A model generated the notes under the pieces. The model made no database searches and was not told the origin of the DNA. It was given only the letters and a program-made list of their open reading frames with translations. From Eledone cirrhosa (taxonomy: Eukaryota): 64,000 nucleotides of DNA. Where the stretch lies: NCBI GenBank assembly GCA_964016885.1, contig OZ024742.1, forward strand, positions 333,188,001 to 333,252,000. The letters run 5' to 3'. The position numbers and the translations under genes are program-made. Shown here piece by piece: positions 1 to 14,380 of the stretch; positions within the stretch are counted from its first letter, which is position 1; each line of letters opens with the position of its first letter.

Positions 1-2287
1 ATCGAGACGTAAAATATCCACGTATAGATCGTACTATCCGTCACGGTACAAACCACCGCCCGCGTTGGGGAATTCGTCCTTGATAGAGAAAAGAAGGAAA
101 AGGCCGATGAGATCAGTAACCTCCGCAGAATCACTGGCGCCCATACTCACGTCGAATGGGGTACTATTAAGGATTCTAATGCCGTGCACGTCCATTCCGA
201 CAAAACTGGCTATCTATATCAAGTGGAGCGCAGTACCTACCATCAACTACTACATAATGCTCTCATTAATGAAATCAACGATGCTGGGTTTAAAATCACA
301 TCTGATCTCAACATCCTGGACCGGACCGAACCTCTGGACCCTATTTCTCCCCACTTTACCCTGAAGGATCACAAATCCAATTTTCCGAACAACCCGTCTA
401 TTCGGCTTATTAACCCTACGAAGTCCGATTTAGGTAGACTTAGTAAGACGATTCTTGATAGAATTATACCTGAAATTAGAAGTTTGGCCCGTCTTGCACT
501 GTGGAAGAATTCCTTCGCGGTGATTGATTGGTTCAACGGCATATGTAACAAGGAACATTGCCGTTTTATCCAATTCGACATCAACAATTACTACTCCTCC
601 ATCACTTTACCACTTCTCCTTAGAGCTATCAATTTCGCTAAAACACTCACAGTGGTTAAGGATTTCTAAGTTGATGTCATCCTCAATGCCCGAAAGTCGG
701 TGATTAATTTCGACGACTCTATTTGGATTAAAAAATCCAATAGTACCCCATTCGACATGAGTATGGGCGCCAGTGATTCTGCAGAGGTTACTGATCGTAT
801 CGCCTTTTCCTTTTTTCTCTATCAAGGACGAATTCCCCAACGCGGGCGGTGGTTTGTACCGTGACGATGGGCTTTTGACCATGACTAAGTGCGGACCTCG
901 TGCTTGCGACAGGTTCAGAAAAGAACTCACAGCCTTCTTTAAAGGCTTCAACCTCTCTATACAGGTTGCGGCCAATCTCTCGGTCGTTAATTACCTCGAC
1001 GTTACCCTCAACTTATTGAATGGGTTGTATTACCCGTATAGAAAGCCGAATGATACGCTTAATTACATAAGTAAGCATTCCAACCATCCTGCCAGCATAA
1101 CCAAGAACCTGGTAAGAAACGTTTCGTTGAGGCTTTCGCGTCTTTCCACCAACGAGCGTATTTTCAACGACCATTCCACTCATTACAATGAAGCTCTTGC
1201 TCGAAGTGGATTTGTCGATAAGGTAGCATATAATGAGTACGAAAATAGACCTAGGAGCAATAGATCCCGTCGCATTCGTTGGTATAACCCACCATATAAT
1301 ATGGAGGTGGCCACACCATTAGCTAAGATCTTTCTTTCCCTTATTACGAAGCATTTCCCCCCTACACATAAATATAGTAAAATTTTTAATAGAAATACTA
1401 TTAAAATTTCTTACTCTACGACTCCTAACCTTGCACATAGCATCACAGCTTCAGATTTAGCTAAACTACCTAGCCGTAGGAACACGTGCAACCTTGTAGT
1501 TAGTACTAACTGTAATTGTAGGAATCGGGTTGAATGCCCCCTATCCGGGAAATGCCTCTCTAGTAACATTGTCTACAAATGTAAGGTTGTAACACCCACC
1601 CCCGTAGGGCCTACATAGGGTTAACCGCCAACAGATTCAAGCAGCGTCTTTACATGCATACCCATTCTTTTCGATACCCTCTAAGAATGAATATGACGTC
1701 ACTTTTAGCTTATATCTGGAGTCTAAAAGACAACCACACCCAATTTAAGTTACACTGGGAGATCCTAGCAAGGGCTAGATCGTATAACGGAAGTAAAAGA
1801 CCACGTGACCTCTGCGCCGCTGAGGCCCTGGAAATACTCTACGCACAGACCACATCTTAAACAAAAAATCTGAGGCAATTTCGGCTTGTAAACATAAATT
1901 GCACAAAACCTTCCTGTATTACAGCCCCACGTTATACCCTAACGGATAGTACGATCTATACGTGGATATTTTACGTCTCGATGTGGGAGCTAAGTATATG
2001 TTTTGTGTATACCTTTACTTATTTGCATAGCCAGCTAACGTTTCCACGAACCAAAATATCGTCTTCCTCTCTTCCTCCGGTTGCAATGTTTTTTGAAATA
2101 TCCAGTTCTGCGTTTACAGATTGACTTTGTTAGTTTCAGAAGATCCCGTTAAGGGTGAAAGCAGCGATTATATGCTTAAACTTAATCTGTTATTTTAATA
2201 AATATTTGCTCTACGGTTCTTATATATTTTATATATATTTATCCTTATCGAGCCCTCTTTGGATTTTAGTCTTCAATTTTATTATTA

Positions 2288-2290
<3 letters not shown>
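1..2290 (+). mobile_element. Penelope-like retroelement 1 (probably Naiad-type), 5'-truncated, with inverted 5' segments, ending in (TA)n
   Basis: Fragmented RT + GIY-YIG frame. 1-41 is the reverse complement of 1942-1982 and ~40-170 is the reverse complement of ~738-864. The 3' pseudo-LTR runs into (TA)n at ~2291. The left end is cut by the window edge. Confidence 0.9.
184..1949 (+). pseudogene. Disrupted PLE polyprotein (reverse transcriptase + GIY-YIG endonuclease)
   Basis: Motifs SDKT, RLINPTKSDLG, FDINNYYSSI, YRDDGL, YRKPN..YI...SNHP, WYNPPY, CNCR....CPLSGKCL...VY, YIGLT...FKQR and LNKKSE...CKH across ORFs 184-669, 773-1618 and 1654-1860, with stops and frameshifts. Confidence 0.88.
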
Positions 2291-2375
<85 letters not shown>

Positions 2376-2416
2376 TTATATATACACATTTATATGTATA
2401 TACATTTCTACACGCG

Positions 2417-2475
<59 letters not shown>

Positions 2476-2994
2476 TGTGTTTAACAGGGATTGTGTGGAT
2501 ATTTAATTGTAATATGAAGTCATCTAAACATGTCAGAAATTCGAACCTCCCAGTAATTTGAAAATTCGATAAACATTTTCAATCGATATTCGGAACTAAT
2601 TGGTTATTCATCAGAAAGATCGTATATCATCTAAACAAACTTATAGAAACTCACACCACATATATGATGCAAGGAAATCGTATTTTTCGTACGTTTACTT
2701 GTTTAAATATTAAAAAAATATGTTTATTTATATACACATTGGCGACGTTTCGTTTATATATGTTCTATATACACAGATATATGTTTATCATGCTTTTCGG
2801 GTGATTGAGACTCTTCATAATTCCACCTTAATTATCTACCATCACGACGCTAATTATATGCAAATTAGTACGGCTATGTCTGAATACCACTGTGCGATTG
2901 GGTATATAAGCTCACCAAATACGTGTCTTGGTGTTGTTCTTTGGATGGTAGACGCACCTGATGAAAAACCAACTACGTCAAATTTACAAATAAC

Positions 2995-3201
2995 TTCGTA
3001 TATTCGATAACATTACATGTCTACAAATTAAAGATGTGTATATTTATAGATACATTGGTGCATTTTCGGTTACCAACCTTATAAATATAACTTTTATCGT
3101 AAGCTTCGGCTGCTTGGTGCAGGTCATTTTATATATATAAGTTTCAGAAGATCCCGTTAAGGGTGAAAGCAGCGATTCTTTGCTTAAACTTTAATCTGTT
3201 A

Positions 3202-3258
<57 letters not shown>

Positions 3259-3782
3259 GTGTGTGTGTGTGTGTGCGTGTGCATGTGTGTGTGTGTGTGT
3301 ATGCATATGTGTATGTGTGTGTGTGTGTGATCACATATATATACAACCTGTAAACCTGAATAGCGGATTAGTGTAGATGAATATTCACAGATAAGAATGG
3401 GAGAGAGGTACAGTTAAAGAAAGCAGATACTGCGTGGATAGTATAATTATTCCAGAAACTTTCGGTGAATTAGAGAACAAGATTTTCAGTTTAAAAGCTA
3501 ATCGACAAACATCGTACATGATGCTAGATAACAGAAGTAGTAAACAAAACAGTGTTCTAGTTTAGAGTCAGAACGCACAGGTGTGTAAAATTAAAATTTC
3601 AAATATTTGGCACATTGAATATATATATACATAGCTACATATACAATATGTACACGTACATAATCATATGTATGTGAGTATGTTTGAATAGATACATATG
3701 CCTCTAATTACACACACACACACACACACACACCCACACACATATGTAGACACAGGCAGTAATACATATGTAATATATATGT

Positions 3783-3863
<81 letters not shown>

Positions 3864-4054
3864 CACACACACACATATACACACACACATAACAGAGACA
3901 GTATTATAGATATAATTCGAAAAAATGGTAAATCCTTTCCTTTTTAACTGTAAATTCGTATATTCGATAATATTACATGTCTACAAATTAAAGATGTGTA
4001 TGTTTATAGATACATTAGTGAATTCTCGGTTACCAACCTTATAAATATAACTTT
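2995..4054. repeat. ~100-bp direct repeat pair (2995-3094, 3955-4054)
   Basis: ttcgtatattcgataa.attacatgtctacaaattaaagatgtgta...ggttaccaaccttataaatataacttt occurs twice, 960 bp apart. Confidence 0.85.
3141..3207 (+). mobile_element. Solo fragment of the PLE1 pseudo-LTR in (TA)n
   Basis: gtttcagaagatcccgttaagggtgaaagcagcgatt...ttaatctgttattttaat matches 2133-2199. Confidence 0.85.
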
Positions 4055-5147
4055 ATTCATCTTCCGTGATACTAGAATAATTTATATGGGAATTAGTGTG
4101 TTTATGCTTAGATACATTTCAAACTCTTCCAGGCATTCGGGGAAATCTAGAATGCTAGAATTTTCCACTAAAAACAAATCCAATACTATAGGTCATGTTA
4201 AAAATATACTACGAGTTATAATGGACGCATCTCAGATGGTTCTATTTTCATCTGGAGCCTCAACAAACTTACGGAACAGAAATGAATGTTAAATTTTGCA
4301 CTGAGCAATACCTTGCAGCAAATATGTTTGTGTATGACATCAGATAAGATGTATACATTTTAAAACCATACGAGTAATATTAAATTCTTATATTACTGTT
4401 TAAATGATTTCGAATATAATTTTTTTCAATCAGATCAGGTATAGACCTGAAAACATGATTGCCAACTAAAACTAAAAAAAAGAGAAAGGAAACCGAAAGA
4501 ACACGAATCAATGAAAGAACCTTTGCGTTGTAGAATTTTAGCCTTATTATACGTATAATCTATCTAAGTTAATGTAGATTTGAATACACAATGTTTCAAA
4601 ACTTAGGCTGGTTGTTCAGAGGTAGTATATTTTTGATCAAAGGTCTACTTAGTGCGGCTGGCCAAGAACTAAGCAATAACAACAAATGAGTGAAAACAAG
4701 CCAATGGAAATAACATGAAGAATGACGACGACTATAATGACAGCAACAATAAAGGTAACGCAAGCAACACCACTACCTACAAAACTTCCACCACTACCAC
4801 CACAATCACCATCAACGACAACAACAACAACACAAACACCACGATCAACAACAAAATAAACGGCAACAAAAAATATCAAACAGCCACTGTTTACATAGGT
4901 TTGTTAGAGTAAGGTGAAAATCAATTACTGTGATAATGAGATAGTTTATTTTCTGAACTGTTTCGTCTTCTTATCAGTTAAAGACAATGTTGTTTGCTCA
5001 GTTATTGATATTTCTTACGTACACACTACTTACTGTATTTCTATCTCCCCTTGTCTGCGTCTATATTCAAACACAAAACACACAAAAAGCACTCTTACTG
5101 ATAAATAGACATGAAGATACACACACACATAAATACAGAATAAATAC

Positions 5148-5190
<43 letters not shown>

Positions 5191-5301
5191 ATCTCTCTCA
5201 CCAGAGTACTCGATACTTTGGGTAGTATAGTGTGGTAATATGAAGGATTGGGGGTCCCGACCCCTTCATACCCCCCCCCCCCCCACACACACATATATAT
5301 A

Positions 5302-5569
5302 TATTCATCGAAAGAGCATAAATATTCAAAATGAAGAAAACATTATCCTTTCTTTTTAAATTCCTGATGATATGCGGATGTTATATACATTGCGTTTTGT
5401 GTAAATAATTGCTAATTAACTGCTTCTGACTGACTTATTGTGTACATATGCATGTACAATTATTACCTATATAGAAGAGTCAGTAGCAATTTAAAAAAAA
5501 AATGCATTAAAATATTTAGCTTTGGCTTCTCTTCATTTTAAATATATATATACACACAGACACACACAG

Positions 5570-5626
<57 letters not shown>

Positions 5627-5870
5627 TGTATTTAAAATGAAGAAAAGCCAAGGCTAAATATTTAAATCCATTTTTTTTTAAATTCCTACTTACTCTTCTA
5701 TACAGTTAATAATTGTACATGCATATGTACACAATAAGTCAGTCAGAAGCAGTTAATTAGCAATTATTTACACAAAGCGCAATGTATATAACATCCGCAT
5801 ATCATCAGGAATTTAAAAACAAACGATAATGTTATCTTCGTTTTAAATATTTATGCTCTTTCGATGAATA
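5302..5870. repeat. Foldback inverted repeat with ~240-bp arms around a TA/CA/TG microsatellite
   Basis: 5302-5545 is the reverse complement of 5630-5870 with scattered mismatches. Confidence 0.9.
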
Positions 5871-5968
5871 TTTCGATTGTTTTGGATTCTTCACGTGCTG
5901 CGGAATTTTAGTGTACATTAAGCTTCTCCATCTTATCAAAAGTAGTAGTGGAACACTTCTGGCATTAT

Positions 5969-6115
5969 AGGCAGAGGGTTGGATGCGATGCTTTGCAGCA
6001 TAGCGTAACGTCCCTTTAAGGTCTAAGTTTAAATCCCACCGACGTTAACTTTACCTATCCTCCTTACGGGGGGGTCGATAATTGCTGGCCTTGTGGAAAA
6101 ATAGAAACAATTATA
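5969..6115 (+). mobile_element. tRNA-derived SINE, family S1 (Meta-domain-like core)
   Basis: aaatcccaccgacgttaactttacctatcctccttacgggg.gtcgataa...gctggccttgtg matches at least 8 other copies in the window. Confidence 0.7.
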
Positions 6116-6370
6116 ATCACTTCAACAGAGAACACACACACACACACAAACACACACATACATATATATAAATACATGTATCTTTTTACATACATTCACG
6201 CACGAGTATAGATTATGCATTTATATATTTGCATATATTCAATATAACTTTTGTATAAATATGTGCATCTAAGTAGGGTCTATCTTGTTATCATACTCTC
6301 CAGCCTTTTCTCTGTTTCCCCATCATATACTCACACAAACACGTAATAATACTCCCATTCAAGGGCAATA

Positions 6371-6403
<33 letters not shown>

Positions 6404-7105
6404 AATATATATACATATATACAAATATGAGTGTGATTGCTTATGTCCACTTACCTAATTATATACATGTATTTTTTTATATATACTTATATTTAAATAT
6501 ATATATGTATACATATTCTGTTGTTGGTACCAAAATACGCCCTCGATCCACATGCAGAGTGTATATATTAAGGAAAACAATTAAGTTTCGTTTATTTCTA
6601 GTACGTTTTTTTGTGTGTATCGAGCTTTTATGCATGTTTCACTGAGGATTATCTCAAAGCCACCCATAGAAGTTATGGTTACACCACCATTATCGATCTC
6701 ATCCTCAGAATGTTGATTCAACAAAAAAAGGAGAGTGCAGATCGATGATGAAGTCATGTCTATAATTTGTATAGGCGACCTTGAGCCAATCCTCTGCGAA
6801 ACACACTTAACAGGGCGATACACAATAAAACACTTAATTGCATGTAAACGAAACTGTATTGGTTTGCATTATATATATATATATATATATATTTCGTTTC
6901 TGAATTTGTTTAGCAAGATTCTTTATCTGAAATCGTGTGTTGAAACCGATATTGTTATACTTTGGGAGGGTCATGTTGCCAATAAGAAACACACGCACCA
7001 GTTGCTTTCACTTCAATTTATTGTAATAAATTTATAAATTTAGGAATTTATAAATAAATTTCTGGTTGGTTGGTTGGTTCCACAACCAGATAGTGTTTAT
7101 ATATT

Positions 7106-7148
7106 GTCAAAGTTCTTTCGTCACATATTCTGTGACCTCTTCAGTGAC
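7106..7148 (-). ncRNA. Minimal type I hammerhead ribozyme (inverted pLTR of PLE2)
   Basis: The minus strand reads GTCA-CTGAAGA-G-GTCACA gaata TGTGAC-GAAA-GAAC-TT-TGAC. Confidence 0.78.
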
Positions 7149-9196
7149 TGGGGATTCTTTTCTTTGTTTCTGTGCCTCTCCTTTGTTCTGTCCTACGCCA
7201 TTTTGTTTCTGTGTGTGTGTTGTGTGCTCAGTCTGCGCATGCACCACATCCGGCTGTCTGTGTGTGTTTATATTTGTTTATTTATTTGTTTATTTACATG
7301 TTACCGGTTGGTTGTTTGTTCTATGTGTGTGTGTGTTTTCATTTTGTCCTTAATTGTAAGTTGTGATGTTGCTGTTCCACTCATATTTTCTATTTAATTT
7401 TGGTTGTAATTCTTTTATGTTTATTGCCTCTGTGATTTGTCTAAACATTGCGTCTTTTCTGTGTGTAGATTCTATTTTTATTTCTATGTTCTCTAATTTA
7501 CCCTTATGTTCTATTTTAGCATGTTGGTAGAGTACAGATGATTCTTTACTATCTTGAAGGTCTCGCCAGTGTTCATTTATCCGTTCCCCTACACTACGAG
7601 CTGTCTCAACTATGTACACTATATTTTTGTCTCTACATTGTCCTTCAGTACATCTTATGCTATACACTACATTTCTAGTTTTACAGTTAATATGGGGGCT
7701 TATTTTACAGGTTATACATTTCTTATCTATACAGAGGGGTCTTTGGAAAGGGTATGTCTTGCTAATAAGTGTTTTTACGGAGGTACCTGGTCTTTCTACT
7801 ATCTTAATATTGAGTTTATGTTTATCTAGGGCCCTTCTAAATTTGTAAGCTAATTCACCTCTAGGCGACATAGCCAACTTATTCATGGTATGTTGGGACA
7901 GTAGACTTAAACTTAAACTTAAAGAACAATTAGAAAACCCCTTAACCCTGATAATGTACTCCCGCTACGTTGACGATATAAACATCGTAGTTAAGACACC
8001 CCCACTAGAGAACAGTCAGGAACTAGAGAAAAACACAATGGAAAGCATCCAGCAAATAGCTAACTCCATCCACAAGAGTATTAGAGTTACTATAGACTAC
8101 CCAAGTAAACACCCCAACCATCGATTACCTGTACTAGACACAGAGCTCTGGTGAGATACCATTAATAACAAAAAACAAATCCTCCATTCCCATTATGCCA
8201 AACCCATGACTTCCAAACATCTGATCCACCGAAACTCGGCTGTTTCGGACCATACCAAAATCAACATACTGATTACGGATTTGGTACGGGTGATGAGAAA
8301 GGTGTCCCGCATGTGCAACCCCGAAGAACTAGAGAGACACATACAACACTTCATCCACCGTATGCAGTTCTCTGGTTACAATCAGAGAGATAGAATCAGA
8401 ATTTATAGAGGAGCCAGAACCAAATGGGAAAAAATGGTAAATAATGACACAAATGGGACCTGCCCCTTGTATAGGAGCAAATTTTGGAATAGAATAGAAA
8501 AAACTAGGAATAACGCTAATAGAATAAACTCATGGTATGATAGCAATAAATACCAGTGTGTAATGTTCATTGATACAACCCCTAGAGGTGAATTAGCTTA
8601 CAAATTTCTATTTAATTTTGGTTGTAATTCTTTTATGTTTATTGCCTCTGTGATTGGTCCTAGATAAACATAAGCTCAATATTAAGATAGTAGAAAGACC
8701 AGGTACCTCCGTAAAAACACTTATTAGCAAGACATACCCTTTCCAAAGACCCCCCTGTATAGATAAGAAATGTATAACCTGTAAAATAAGCCCCCATATT
8801 AACTGTAAAACTAGAAATGTAGTGTATAGCATAAGATGTACTGAAGGACAATGTAGAGACAAAAATATAGTGTACATAGGTGAGACAGCTCGTAGTGTAG
8901 GGGAACGGATAAATGAACACTGGCGAGACCTTCAAGATAGTAAAGAATCATCTGTACTCTACCAACATGCTAAAATAGAACATAAGGGTAAATTAGAGAA
9001 CATAGAAATAAAAATAGAATCTACACACAGAAAAGACGCAATGTTTAGACAAATCACAGAGGCAATAAACATAAAAGAATTACAACCAAAATTAAATGTG
9101 GTGCATGCGCAGACTGAGCACACAACACAGACACAGAAACAAAATGGCGTAGGACAGAACAAAGGAGAGGCATAAAAACAAAGAAAAAAATCCCCA

Positions 9197-9239
9197 GTCA
9201 CTGAAGAGGTCACAGAATGTGTGACGAAAGTACTTTGAC
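9197..9239 (+). ncRNA. Minimal type I hammerhead ribozyme (pLTR of PLE2)
   Basis: GTCA-CTGAAGA-G-GTCACA gaatg TGTGAC-GAAA-GTAC-TT-TGAC: stem I GTCA/TGAC, 6-bp stem II, palindromic stem III. Confidence 0.88.
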
Positions 9240-9544
9240 AATATATAAACAACTACCTGGTTGTGGAACCAACCAACCAACCAGAAATGTATTTATAAAT
9301 TCCTAAATTTATAAATTTATTATAATAAATTGAAGTGAAAGTAACTGGTGCGTGTGTTTCTTATTGGCAACATGACCCTCCCAAAGTATAACAATATATA
9401 TATATATATATATACATATATATGTATGTATATATATATATATATGTATATCAACAAACAAATATATATGTGTGTGCGTGCGTGTGTCCCTTTATTTATT
9501 TCTCTCTCTTTATCTCTCTCTCTCTCACTCTCTCTCTCTCTCAG

Positions 9545-9692
<148 letters not shown>

Positions 9693-10064
9693 TATAACTC
9701 TTCAAATCCCTACTGTCATGTGATCCCTGTCAACTAAAACGCGTCTTCATTATGTTGTTATCAGTTCGTGTTTGTGAATGGGAGTACCCCGGATTACTGA
9801 ATCAATCTGTCCACGTGTTAAGGCACTTAGAGAAGAAAATATTTTATCATTCCACCTTTGCGAAACGGTCTCAAGTGAGATTAATGGGCAGAGAGAAGGG
9901 ATAAACAACTCACACAAGAAAGCATACACCTATATACACATAAACGTTAGGTAAGGTACGCATGCTTTCATACACATGCATATACAGTAGGGTTAAATGT
10001 TATACATGTGTATTCATATACAAACACACACATAATCGTTAGAGATCTCACACCTGTATTCATA

Positions 10065-10136
<72 letters not shown>

Positions 10137-10965
10137 TATAAACGAGTTTCGCGAATCAAAAAATATATACGTATTTACACATCGAGACACAAGTACACAA
10201 TAATATACCCCATACGGTCAATTCTGTCGATGAACCTTCCTCATTTATATAGTCTTCTATCTCATGCCAGCACGAAAAAAAAATGATGCCGATGATGGTG
10301 ATGATCATGATTGTGATGATGGTGATGATGATGACGATGATGATCATGATCATGATGGCAAAAGTAATATCGATACCTCGACAGGATTTGAACCTAAAAC
10401 CATGTCCCATGATCAACCAATTCAGCTATTAATCGCCCTTAGATCAATAAAGCGAGCACAGTACAAAACACTGTGATAGTGAAGATGACAATTTAAATAA
10501 ACATTGGTGTGTTGACTCAATAGACTAAATATAGGTTTGTTTGATCAAAGTTGAACTGGATCGAAACAATAACAATAACTAGATCAACAATATAAAACAA
10601 ATTAACTTAAAAAGCAACGTTTATTATATTAACAACGACACATACACGTACTGTGTAAATAACTGTCTAAATTAATGGAATTAAATGGACCTCTATCAGT
10701 TTTGACGGTGAATGACACAATTGATCGATCAATAGAACAGCCTTCGAGTGAAGTTTAATGGTAAATGTCTGATCATTCGACAAACATGCGTATACTCAGG
10801 GAGATTCAGGGTGAGATATGGATATATGCATCAGAATAGAACCCCCTCTCTTACGAAAGATACATTTGATAATGTTATCCCTGATATACAAAGAGACAGA
10901 CTGGTTTGTTTAAGCAAACAATTCATGTACAAATGTAAAACGGAAGCGAATATACATGGCAATGT

Positions 10966-11015
<50 letters not shown>

Positions 11016-11017
<2 letters not shown>

Positions 11018-11497
11018 GATATTAAACAAATGGAAACTATATTTATAAAACCATATTTATTTCGTTATATATATTTCTGGGATATCATATTAAAAATATG
11101 GTATGCCTTCCTTGTTGTGTTACTACCTGTACCAAACTCGTCCCATGGACTGAGTGCTCTACCACTACGGATATTACCTTCCAGTGGTCTACCGCTCTCT
11201 CTCTATATATATATGTGTCACTACCAAATCAACTTTTTAAATGGAAGTTGCATTATTTTAAGGTATGTCAAATTTATTTATAAAACGGCTTATATATTGT
11301 ATTTTGTCTGAGGAAGGCATACCATATTTTTAATATGATATCCCAGAAATATATATAACGAAATAAATATGGTTTTATAAATATAGTTTCCATTTGTTTA
11401 ATATCGTAAACCTACTCCAAAACCTGTTGAGTGCTTTTATATCAGTTATAAAATATTTACTCGTTGTAACCCAACAATTTTAAATAAAACTTTTGCA
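11016..11497 (+). mobile_element. PLE-derived foldback mini-element, family A, with a family B fragment at 11113-11190
   Basis: 11016-11112 is the reverse complement of 11311-11408. The tail resembles 58040-58200, and TA runs flank it. Confidence 0.75.
11301..11364 (+). ncRNA. Minimal type I hammerhead ribozyme (family A)
   Basis: ATTTTGT-CTGAGGA-(aggcataccatatt ttt aatatgatatccca)-GAAA-TATATA-TA-ACGAAAT. Confidence 0.75.
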
Positions 11498-11517
11498 TAT
11501 ATATATATATATATATC

Positions 11518-11728
11518 AGATGTGAGAAAAACCACAGACCCTCCATCTCAACTCTACTTTTGAAAAGCAGAAGAACTGAGAAAGCGGTAAAGGAACGGAA
11601 TATATATATATATATCTTTTTTAAAATAAGACTCCAGTTGCACTTTCGATTTCATCTTTTTTTCTTTATACTTTCACTCGTGTAGGACACCTCGGTTATT
11701 TTTCATTTTGTAAAAAAACCGAGAACAC
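11518..11728 (+). mobile_element. TA-flanked mini-element, family C
   Basis: Homologous to 24841-25010 (aactctacttttgaaaagcag...aaaataagactccagttgc...aggacacctcggttatt). Confidence 0.75.
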
Positions 11729-11739
11729 ATATATATATA

Positions 11740-11939
11740 GAGAGAGAGCGGTAGAACACTGGAAGGTAATATCCGTAGTGGTAGAGCACTCAGTCCATGG
11801 GACGAGTTTGGTACAGGTAGTAACACAGTTAGTTCACCATACCAAGAACAATTGTTTCACCTTACGCGGAGTCCGAGCTGAAGATCCGTACAAGGTGAAA
11901 CAATTGCTCTCGGTATGGTGAACTAACTGTTGTGTTACT

Positions 11940-11941
<2 letters not shown>
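11740..11941. mobile_element. Foldback mini-element, family B, with an HHR at 11873-11913 (U16.1 changed to C)
   Basis: An inverted arm joins CCGAG-CTGAAGA-T-CC gtacaa GG-T-GAAA-CAATTG-CT-CTCGG. Confidence 0.78.
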
Positions 11942-12009
<68 letters not shown>

Positions 12010-12134
12010 TATGAATTATATCGTTGAACATTTTGTATTTTAAACTTAGCTTCACGACATCCTCTACATACGGACTACATTGAGTTCTTCATACGGTTTA
12101 GACCCTACCATTAATTGGTGGATTTATCTGTGTA

Positions 12135-12634
<500 letters not shown>

Positions 12635-13854
12635 AAAGAGAGAAAAGAGAGAGATTGATAGACATTTAGATAGATGTTAAAAAGCCATGCATGTAAGACC
12701 GCAACGAATAGGAATCAAGAAAAGCGGATGCTCATACAAAACACACATATATATAATTCTGTGCTAATTATTAGTTTGGGGATAGACGAGCATTATTAAC
12801 CTACAGCCGTCGTATTATCTAGTTTATGTATGATAATAAACTGCAGCAACTCTGACCCATTTCTTAATTAGTATAGAACATAAGCCTAAACAAAACAACA
12901 CTCACATATTACTACCGACTAAAGAATAGAACACCATTACGTAATTTGTATAGATTTCCCGCCTAACCAGAACAACTCTTAGGATCTACCACGAACGCAA
13001 TCTCTTTACAAAGCAGATCAGGTAGACAGTAACCTACCGACGATAACTGTATGCGCATATACAAAAAGTGGAACTGGCTTATCCAAGCCCAACCGAGAAC
13101 TTGGAATCACCCACTTAATTATTTGAAGGCTTCAGAGTTAACGAACGGACAAATTCCAAAATGGAAAAGTTGAAGCCATATTCTCAGCCAATAAATAGCT
13201 GAGTAAATAAGACTCTAATTCAACAAAGTCAATACTGATCAACAGAGATTGTACAGAATAAAGGGAAATAATAAAAATAATTAATGTGAACAGAAACAGT
13301 AAACTCTTACTCAATAAGTAACTAAAGTAAACATGGCTGCAGATTAATTGAATATACACAAAATTTTGAAAAATAAAATAGATTGAAATATCGTGAACAG
13401 TAACCCATACTTTACTCAACACATACACAAAGACATGCAGTTATTTAGGAAATGCCTACTTGTCTTAAAGACGAGATTGTAGGATGCAGTTTACGGCATT
13501 GTGCTCCGAAGCCGGCATACGTCTCGATCCACAAATCAGCGAATTCAAGCTCATTAACTGTCATACTTCCCGTCAATGACGTCAATGATATCGTCTCCTA
13601 GCTGGCTTCTATGAAAATACAACCCATGCCCTCATGCCACGAGAGTTTGATGAAATGAAGTGATAGAAGATCTGAATATATGAGCGTTGACGCAAAAATA
13701 AATCTTTAAATTTGTTTATATATATATATGTGTGTGAGTGTGTGACAGTTCCCACCTATGCAGGTTTAGCTGGCCTCCTCGAAGGTATATCTCGTTGGAG
13801 GTGTCTTGGGTAATTTAATGATAGGGACACCAGTCCTATCATCTCATTTCTAGA

Positions 13855-13978
13855 GTTGAGTAAACTGGAGCAACATGAAATAAAGTGTCTTGCTCAGGGA
13901 AACATCACATCACCCGGTTCGAGAATTGAACTCACAACTTTTCGATTGCAAGCCCAATGCCCTAACCGCTAAGCCATC
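13855..13978 (-). mobile_element. tRNA-derived SINE, family S2 (CORE-like domain)
   Basis: tgagtaaactggagcaacatgaaataaagtgtcttgctcag...gaattgaactcacaac...ctaaccgctaagcca, also at 26830-26935 and 49593-49720. Confidence 0.7.
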
Positions 13979-14321
13979 AAATAGGTTATGATTATCATAG
14001 TAATATCCGTTTAATGACATCCTAATAATCATAACAATGGCATGACTTATGGTTAAAAAAAGTGACAGAGAAAGAAAAAATACCAGTGGGTACATACGTG
14101 CATATATGCATACATACATAAATAAATAAATACAAGTGTCGGTGGAATAGTTCATAGGCTGACCAAGATACTTTCTTGAATTGACCAAATGAGGTTTATT
14201 TTTTAAACAGGCCCTGGAAAAAAGTAATGCAGTTATTAATGGGAAGAGTTGAAATTAATGCATGCAAAAATTCAGTCCTTCATCGTCAGCCTATGAACCT
14301 TTCAGCCAACAGGCGTATATA

Positions 14322-14377
<56 letters not shown>

Positions 14378-14380
<3 letters not shown>

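Larger units (their letters stand above)
6892..9395 (+). mobile_element. Penelope-like retroelement 2 (different clade from PLE1), preceded by a ~900-bp inverted 3' copy, in (TA)n
   Basis: RT C-terminal half YSRYVDDI...HYAKP...PLYRSKFWN (7866-8606) and GIY-YIG VVYSIRC...YIGETARSVGERINEH (8654-9096, +). The inverted copy spans ~6950-7866 (ORF 7350-7886, -). TA runs flank both ends. Confidence 0.92.

Noticed and set aside
1511-1900. Selenocysteine recoding, reported for some Naiad PLEs
   Set aside because: The Cys-motif positions use TGT/TGC or are mutated, and no in-frame TGA is seen there.
5360-5420. CTGATGA in the 5302-5870 foldback as an HHR or snoRNA box
   Set aside because: No matching GAAA or convincing stems.
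6630-6712. CTGAGGAT...ATCCTCAG hairpin next to GAAACATG (minus strand)
   Set aside because: It cannot be fitted to hammerhead topology with a stem I.
13577-13584. TGACGTCA (CRE site), also at 47759
   Set aside because: An 8-mer is expected by chance in 64 kb, and there is no promoter evidence.
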